Origin: Eledone cirrhosa | Lineage: Eukaryota | Assembly: GCA_964016885.1 (NCBI GenBank) | Contig: OZ024749.1 | Coordinates: forward strand, 22,382,001 to 22,446,000 | DNA: 64,000 bases | Reading direction: 5' to 3' | Part shown: in pieces, positions 54,046-64,000 of the stretch | Layout of the letters: every line of letters starts with the position of its first letter | Numbering within the stretch: position 1 is the first letter of the stretch | Position numbers and translations under genes: made by a program | The notes under the pieces: model-generated | What the model was told of the DNA's origin: nothing | Databases searched by the model: none | Seen by the model: only the letters and a program-made list of their open reading frames with translations

Positions 54046-54931
54046 CGAGGTGTGTCAGAAAAGTTCCAAGACTGATGTCTCAAAAGATTTATTTCAAACC
54101 CAAACTTTACACTAAGAGTTTCCTCCTTCAAAGTAACCCCCCTGGAGTATGTAACTGTAATCTTAGCTCTCTGCAGCGATCAAACTTTTTTCGTCATTAT
54201 TTTATATACATGTCCTCTGTTTCAGGTCGTCAAGCAATGAGCCCAGAGCAACGAACAAACTTGAAGTTTCTGGTACGGTTGGGGAAAACTCCGTTAGAAG
54301 CACTGGGATTGCTGCAGCAAGTGTATGGAGATGAGACGATGTCACGCTCACATGTTTTTGAGTGGTGCAAGATGACCCCAGGAGCGGAAGGGCCTCAATA
54401 ACCAGGACTGAGGTCAACGTTGAGCGCGTCAGGCAGATGGCGCGGAGCGATCGTCGGTTGACTCTTTGACTGATGGCAAATGAGCTGAGCATGAATCGGG
54501 ACAGCGTCTGGAAGATTCTCACTGAAGATTTGGACATGCGGAAAGTCTGCGCGAAGATGGTGCCAAAACTGCTGAACGATGACCAGAAGGGTCGGCGCAT
54601 GGAAGTGTGCCTGGGCATCCAAGAACGTCTTGAAACCGAACCAGACTTGCTAAGGACAGTCATTACCAGTGATGTGTCATGGATCTTCGAGTACGACCCG
54701 GAGGGGACCCGTTTTGAAAACGTGGAAGACATCAAAAAGGCCGCGACGACGGAACTGCGGAGGATCCTGGAAGAACCCTTCCAGGAGTGCATGCAAGCGT
54801 GGCAGAAAAGGATGGAAAAGTGCATTAGACGCCAGGAGGATTAAATTGAAGCAGAAAACTATTAGTATGAATTTTGGATTTGAAATAAATCTTTTGTGAC
54901 ATCAGTCCTGGAACTTTTCTGACACACCTCG
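54046..54931 (+). mobile_element. Internally deleted mariner transposon, TA target
   Basis: TIRs cgaggtgtgtcagaaaagttcca...; transposase remnants QRTNLKF..GKT, KMVPKLL, ITSDVSWIFEYDPE fused to GTRFENVEDIK..WQKRMEKCI. Confidence 0.92.
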
Positions 54932-55206
54932 TATATATATATATGTATATATATATATATACACACACACGCACGCACACACATATATATATATATGACT
55001 CACAATTTATCATATTTTCTGACAGAAGTTTCGTGTAAGAGATCGCTGTTGAAATATGGCGCCCACGTTTAGATAGACACCCCTCCCACGTGACTGCTGA
55101 TTATTACATCATAGCTGGTCAGGATTCCGCGTGACTCGTTTGTATATATGTCCGTAGTATAGGGATTTGACAAATAAGGTCGATACAGTGAGTTGTAGTT
55201 TTAACA

Positions 55207-56342
55207 AATAATTGTTTCTACTTTAGGCACAAGGCCAGCAATTACCCAGTGCATTACTGGTACTTTATTTTATCGACCCCGTAAGGATGAAAGGCAAAGT
55301 CACAAATAATGATTTCTACTATAGATCACAAGGCCAGTAATTTCAAGGGGAAGGGAAAGTGGATTAAATCTAACTCTGTGCCTTACTAGCACTTTATTTT
55401 ATCGGCCTCGTAAGGATAAAAGGCAAAACTAAAATCGGTGGTATTTGAAATCAGAACGTAAAGCGCCATAGCTCTGTGCTGCAAAGCATGGTGTCCGACC
55501 CTCTACCGATACTGCCAATCCACACAAAATAATAATAATTGTTTCTACTTTTGGCACAAGGCCAGCAATTACCCCAGTACATTACTGGTACTTTATTTTA
55601 TCGACCCCCGTAAAGATGAAAGGCAAAGTGAGCCTCGGCGGGATTTGAACTCACACCATAAAGGGCCGTAACTCTATGCTGCAAAGCATGGTGTCCGACC
55701 CTCTACCGATACTGCCAATCCACTATAATAATAATGGTCTCTATTTTAGGCATCAGGCCTACCACTTTAGGGGAAGGGGAAGTCGATTAAATCGACCCCG
55801 GTGTATTACTGGTACTTCATTTTATCAAATCCGTAAGGATGGAAGACAAAACTAACCTCGGGTGGATTTGAACTCAGAACGTAATGGGCCTTAACTCTAT
55901 ACTGCAAAGCATGGTGTCCGACTGCTTACCGATACTGCCATTCCACATTGAAAATCATGATAGAAATAAGGATTTCTAGTGTAGGCACAAGACCATTAAT
56001 TTGGGGGAAGGGGAAAGTCGATTAAATAGACTCCAGTGCGTGACTGGTACTTTATTTTACCGACCTCGTAAGGATCAAAAGCAAAGTTAACCCCGGCGCG
56101 TTTTGAACTCATAATTGTTTCAGATTTAGATACAACGCCAACAATTTTGGGAGAGGGGAAGTCGATGTAACTCAGGGAATTGAACTCAGATCGTAAAGGG
56201 CTATAACTCTATGCTGCAAAAAATGCTGCCCGACACTCTACCGATACTGCCAATCCACAATGATAATAATGATAACAACAATAATGATTTCTTATATAGG
56301 CACAAGGCCTGCAATTTGGGGGGAGGGGAATTCGATTAAATC
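55207..56342 (-). mobile_element. Head-to-tail cluster of ~7 SINE family A copies
   Basis: Repeated units, all on the minus strand, separated by short (AAT)n. Confidence 0.85.
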
Positions 56343-56633
56343 CACCACTACCACCACTACTACCATTACTACCAACACTACTACCACCACTACTACCACT
56401 ACTACTATTACAACCACCACTACTACCACTACTACCATTACTACCACCACTACTACCACCACCACTACCACCACTACTACCATTACTACCAACACTACTA
56501 CCACCAGTACTACCACTACTACTATTACTACCACCACTACTACCACTACTACCACCGCTACTACCACTACTACCACCACTACTACCACTACTACCAATAC
56601 TACCACCACTACTATCACTACCACTACCACCAC

Positions 56634-56671
<38 letters not shown>

Positions 56672-56878
56672 TAGAGAGATAGAGAGATAGATAGAGAGAG
56701 ATAGAGAGAGACAGAGATAGATAGATAGATAGATAGAGAGAGAGGGGGGGGGAGAAGTTTACAAAATTATCATTCAAAACATCACAATCCAGAAGAGTGG
56801 AAATAACATTTATTTGCATAACAAGACACGTGATTCATTGATGTGTTACATATCAGCCTAGGATCGCTATTATATGAC

Positions 56879-56913
<35 letters not shown>

Positions 56914-57121
56914 CTAGGTCTGTCTATATCTGTGTGTGTCTGTGTGCCTGTCTGTCCGAGGTCTTGTTAGTGTCTGGACCTCTAATACATGTTCAACACT
57001 TGAGGGAAATGCTATCGACTACAATCAAGACGTTATCCCAGCATGGGCAGAGTCATCTGGCTGAAATAAGTAGAAGAATAAAAGTATCTATCTACCTATT
57101 CATCTATCTACATACTTATAA

Positions 57122-57312
57122 AATAATTGTTTCTACTTTAGGCACGAGGCCAGCAATTAAACAGTACATTACTGGTAATTTATTTTATTGACCCAGTAAG
57201 GTTGAAAGGCAAAGTTAACCTCGACAGGATTTGAACTCAGACCGCAAAGGGACGTAACTATGCTAGAGAGCATGGCGTCCAACCCTCTACCGATACTGCC
57301 AATTCACCGCCC
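57122..57312 (-). mobile_element. SINE family A
   Basis: Full-length match to the family. Confidence 0.8.
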
Positions 57313-57372
57313 TTATAAAATAGTACATACATGTGTGTTGCATATTTGTGTGCGTGCATATACCATATGTAT

Positions 57373-57545
<173 letters not shown>

Positions 57546-57629
57546 AAGTTATATTTAAAATTGTTGGGTTACAACTAGTAAATATTTATAACTGATATAA
57601 AAGCACTCGACAAATACTTGGAGTATATT

Positions 57630-58013
57630 TACAATATTAAATAAATGGAAAACTATATTTATAAAACCATATTTATTTCATTATATATATTTCGGGGATA
57701 TCATATTAACAATATGCTATGCCTTCATCAGACAAAATACAATATAAACAGTTTTATAGATAAATATATTCGACATACCGTAATAAACATCAACTTCATT
57801 TGAAGAGGTTTACTCTAGCAGTGTACTCTGCTAGAGTAAACCTCTTCAAATGAAGTTGATGTTTATTACGGTATGTCGAATATATTTATCTATAAAACTG
57901 TTTATATTGTATTTTGTCTGATGAAGGCATAGCATATTGTTAATATGATATCCCCGAAATATATATAATGAAATAAATATGGTTTTATAAATATAGTTTT
58001 CCATTTATTTAAT

Positions 58014-58019
<6 letters not shown>
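57630..58019. repeat. Near-perfect fold-back palindrome (195 bp arms, centre 57824/57825)
   Basis: Direct reverse-complement match. Confidence 0.95.
57911..57974 (+). ncRNA. Minimal hammerhead motif (mirror on minus at 57675-57738)
   Basis: ATTTTGT-CTGATGA-AGGCATAGCATATT GTT AATATGATATCCCC-GAAA-TATATA-TA-ATGAAAT. Confidence 0.75.
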
Positions 58020-58053
<34 letters not shown>

Positions 58054-58054
58054 C

Positions 58055-58116
<62 letters not shown>

Positions 58117-58118
58117 GC

Positions 58119-58196
<78 letters not shown>

Positions 58197-58299
58197 TTAC
58201 ACACACACACACACACGTCTTGTTATTTAAAATCTAGCAGCGCATTATTTTATGTCACAATCAAAGAACCGCTTTCTGGCAATTAGGCAGAGAACTCCT

Positions 58300-59665
<1,366 letters not shown>

Positions 59666-59839
59666 GAACATCAATAGAAAAAGCGCTGTTAACAACACAT
59701 ACCACCACAATTGCAATATCTACGCCAATAACTTTATATGACTAAATATACGCACATGTTTTCTCTTTCTCTTAATTTCGAGTATATTTTTTTGACCGGC
59801 CATCTTCCTGGTGGCAAGGTTGTAAAATAAAAGAAATTG

Positions 59840-62800
59840 TCATCCCTTGAATCGCAAGAATGTTTTGCAAATTTTGAAGGTGCCAGCTATCGCAGCCATT
59901 TGCAGACTATGAATTAGGGAGCTGCGCTTTTTGTCCGCAAATCCAAGTTCAGTCATACTTTGGTCCAAGCGGGTTGGTATATAACCCGTAGCACCAATAA
60001 TGATGGGTATGAAGCTAAAGGTGTATCTTGGATACTGGATTTGTAAACTCCTCATCAATGGTCCGTAGATGTCCTCCTTCTCCTGTATTTTTCTGACAAC
60101 GTTTACATCAAGTGGGAAGCTGATCTCCACAACAGAACACGTTTTCAATGTGTGGTCCCAAACTACAATATCAGACCGGTTGTGCTTTAATTTGGTGGCA
60201 GTTTTTATTTTCAGGTTCCACCAGTATTCCTTAGTGCCATCTGTCTCAATATATTCTTCCTCGTTTGTTGTTAATTTTGTTTTCCAAAGTGCGTTCCAGA
60301 TGGTTCTAGCTATCCCATCGTGTCTCATGGGGAGGTAGTAGCGAGATGACATTCTTTCGCAGCTGGCAACAATGTGGCTTACATCCTCGATCTTTGTTTT
60401 ACATAGCCTACATTTATTGTCAGCTGCTGGCCCTCCTCTTTTGTGCAGCAGATATTTGGTAGGGAGTTCTTGTTCCTGTATTGCATAGAGATATCCCTCA
60501 AGGTGTGATGTCATAAACTTGTCGGAACTCCATGCCAGGCTTTTTGAGTGGTTTATCCCCTCTATGGTCTGTGTTTTACGCCTCAAGTATCCATGCACAA
60601 CTTTTTCTGTAAATTGGTCAATTTTCTTATCTTGTTTGAACATTGAATAGGATCTTCCCATTTGTCTGGGTGAGAGATTTATATCAGGCTTTATTCCATA
60701 TCTCTCCTCCAGATCAGTCGCTATTCTAATGATATTTCTTTTTTCATGCTCATAAACCTGGACAAGATGGTTGCCAACCTTTTTCCTCTGTTGAAGGTGT
60801 TGCTTCAGTGTTACTATCCGGGTCTCATATGTTGTTAATATTGATTTTAGACCCCGGCCACCTTCCTTGCGTGAGAAGTATAGCCTATCCACATCACCAT
60901 TGATGTTAAAGTTGCCAGTAACACTGAGAAGTTTTCGAGTTCTAACATCCATCTCACTTAGTTCTTGCAATGACCAGTTCAGTAGGCCAAATGTTGGCGT
61001 TAGAATTGGCACAGCATAAGTATTGTCGGCAATGTATTTGTTGTATGCTGACAGTTCTGATGACCATATTTTCTTTACTCTTCTGAGGTATTCAGTTCTG
61101 GTTCTCTCCTTATTTATGGGTCCATCATATCTGACATTCTCATCCTGTCCAAGATATCTGTAGTTGTCACCTGACTGCAGAGGTTGTATTGTCAGGCCGT
61201 ACATCTCTAGATTTCTAGAGGAGGGCACAGCTCTTCCACGTTTTACTGCCAAATATGCACACTTGGACTCACCAAATTTCATTTTGATGTCGGTTGAAAA
61301 TTGTGTAATGAGGTCCAATTGTTTCTTGATGTCATTGATATTTGGCCCATACAACTTCAGGTCATCAACAAAGAAAAGATGGGAGATATTTCTGGGCCCA
61401 CTTCTTTGTCCACCTTGTTTCCTGAGTAGTTAAGATAGTGGATTCAGTGAGAGAACGAAGAGTAGCACTGACAAGCTATCACTCTGAAAGATGCCCTTCT
61501 GGTAATGTATCTTATCAGTCTTAACCTGCTCCTTCTCACCTCTAAGGATCAAATTGGTGTACCAGTTCTTGGTCAGGCGTTCAACAGCAGCTACCAATGG
61601 TTGTGGGACTTTAGCTAACTGTAAAGCCTTAATAATCCACCCATGAGGTACACTATCAAATGCTTTTTGATAGTCCAGCCACACGACAGTCATGTTTCTG
61701 CGATTCTTTGTTGTTTTTTCCTGAATCATTTTGTTAGTTAGTAGGTGATCTATGCAACCCCACACCTCCCTCTTTCCACCAGCTTGCTCAGGTGTTATGA
61801 TGTTGTTGGTAGCACAGTGATCCTATAAGAACAGGTTAAGGCACCCAGTATATAATTTATACATGATGTTTTGGCAGGCAATTGGGCGGTAATTTTTAGC
61901 AAGGGCGGTTTGGCTATTTTTGGGAATGAGCAGAGTAGTGGCAGTTGATAACCATCTGGGCAGTTCTTGTGTGCCCTCAATGGTTTCTGTAAACAGCCGT
62001 ATGAGATCTTGCCGATAGAAAGTGAAATTCTTCAACCAGTATCCTGTAATGAGGTCTGGGCCTGGTGATTTCCTATTCGACATTTTCTGTAGAGCTGTTT
62101 CCAGTATTGACCCATCTATGTCATATTGTTTTGTCTGGACATGTTGGCAGTAGTCCTGTTCCAGTTGTTTTAGCCAATTACCTTGTCTGTTGAATCCGTC
62201 ATCCGTTTCCCATACAGATCTCCAGTAGCTCTCAACCTGTTCTTTTGAAGGGGTGTCGTTTACAGGGATTGAGCTTTTGCCACCGAAGCTGCGATAAACT
62301 GATTTAGGATCTCTGGCAAACAATCTATTTAGCACTTGTCGTTTATGTGCTGTTGACTTATATTTTAGTCTTTCTGTTGTAGCTGTGAGTTGTTGTTTCA
62401 ACTGGTGTAATTTGGAGTTCAAAGTTTTAAATTTTGTATCTCCAAATCATCTCTCTAACTTTTTCTTTAGGTCTTCCTGGTGTCGTGTGAACTTGCTCTC
62501 TATGTTGCATTTCATAACGACTGCGATGTGTGAGATACTTCGTCTCAGGGACAACATTTTGGTTTTTAAATTTCGCATCCACGCTGGTTCAGGCTTTCTG
62601 TTTGTATCTTGATTGCGTGGTTTTAGATGTGTGTTATATGCTAGCAATGTGACAGCTGAAACATATAACAAAACATTAAGCGTTTCAAATGTCGTTTCTA
62701 CACCTTTAGATCGTATAGCCTTCAGATAATTGCCAGCTATTTCGTTCACCGCTTCCAATTCCAATTTAGTGGGTTCTTTACTGACTCTAGTGTTGTATGG

Positions 62801-63349
62801 TCTGTCACTCACATTAAGGCTGTGTATCTCTTGAAACATATCGTTCCATATCACTTGTAGGGTGCCCACAAGTTTTTGGTGCTCTGTTTGTACAGTAGAG
62901 TCATGAATTTCAGCCTCGTTGTTGATGTGGTGACAATTACTACTAGAGTCAGCTGACTTTTCTCGCTGTTCTTCAGTGGAAGTGGGATGGATTTCAGCAA
63001 AATTGTTGGTGAGCTGTTCACTGTTAGATTTAGCTGGCCATTCTCTTTGTCTGTCAGCGGAGGTGGGGTGGTTGTCTACAAGGGCTGTATTTGTAGTATC
63101 ACTCAATTCCGTTAGATGTATCAATTTACATCGAATGATACGTTTTGCCTGTTCATTTAAATGCTTTGGAGAAAAGTCTAATTCTGGGTGTTTGGAGTTC
63201 CATAAAGTTTTTAGCCTTTGCATAAAACCGAACTTTTGGGGTTCAGATTGTTTGTATGCTTCATATAATTCTTTGTTAAGCTCGTAGCTCCACTGTGTAC
63301 AATGGCTGTAGTTGCGATTTGGTCGAAGGAGACTTGTACTTTTTGCCAT
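59840..63349 (-). pseudogene. R4/Dong-type LINE single ORF (RT + CCHC + restriction-like endonuclease), a few stops/frameshifts
   Basis: KSPGPD, YRPIAC, WLDYQKAFDSVPH, GIFQSDSLS, FVDDLK, GGRGL, CRLC..HIVASC, RHD, HNRSDIVV..EIS. Confidence 0.9.
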
Positions 63350-63534
63350 GATGAGTTCGTCTATTCACTAATATTTCGTATTTATTTTTCAAAATAGTCG
63401 ATGATCTTCTTTAAAAGTTACGACAAAGTTCTGTCAGAATCAAATTTAAAGTTATTCACAGCTTGGGTAATATTTCTTTTCAGTTAGTTTTTAATTCTAC
63501 AACTGTGTTTTAAACGTTGTTCTTGAATCGTTTG

Positions 63535-63820
63535 AATCGAGAACAAAAAGAACCGTTACTTAGTATATTCCTTTATGAATGTAATATAATATAACAACGC
63601 GGTATTTATATGTTAAAGTTTATGTATCATTCATATAAATAGGTGTTCTACAACCTATTCACAACATATTCACATATTTTTGTTTCTGAATCGAAAACGT
63701 TACTTGTATATTTCTTTATAAATGTAATATAACAACGTTGCATTTATATGTTAAAGTGTATGTATCGTTCATATATCATAAGTGTATGTATCGTTCATAT
63801 AAATAGGTGTTTTACAACAC
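63535..63820. repeat. Imperfect tandem duplication (~150 bp) in the presumed 5' UTR of the R4/Dong element
   Basis: gaatcga...atttatatgttaaagt..tatgtatc..ttcatat occurs twice. Confidence 0.75.
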
Positions 63821-64000
63821 ACTTACAGTTTAAACACTTATGTAGAATTATTGTATGTAATCTTACCGCGTAATGTAGCTCAACTTTTTCCAATATATGG
63901 TATGTTGCCATCATGTAAGCCGTAATTACACACGTCCGATTATCGGACACTGACCACAACGGTCGCCATTTATGTATGTATGTATGTATGTATGTATGTT

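Overview
AT-rich, repeat-saturated metazoan DNA. The microsatellite load and SINE types resemble an octopod cephalopod; this is an inference, not a database match. Most ORFs in the six-frame track are translations of (TA)n, (TAG)n, (CAT)n and (CAC)n repeats. Real coding remnants are two convergent L1/Tx1 LINEs, a CR1-group LINE, an R4/Dong-type restriction-like-endonuclease LINE plus fragments, four Penelope-like element (PLE) pieces, a deleted mariner, and a MAK16-like C-terminal coding segment. The main hidden signal is RNA-level. About 20 hammerhead ribozyme (HHR) motifs from at least ten unrelated sequence families sit in short islands inside (TA)n arrays. Many are duplicated in fold-back palindromes. 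Several carry a compensatory U3-A8 core (TTGANAA instead of CTGANGA), and some have long branched stem II. Two non-coding families look like permuted or tandem monomers of about 420-495 bp (retrozyme-like). All structures were read by eye; no folding or database search was run.
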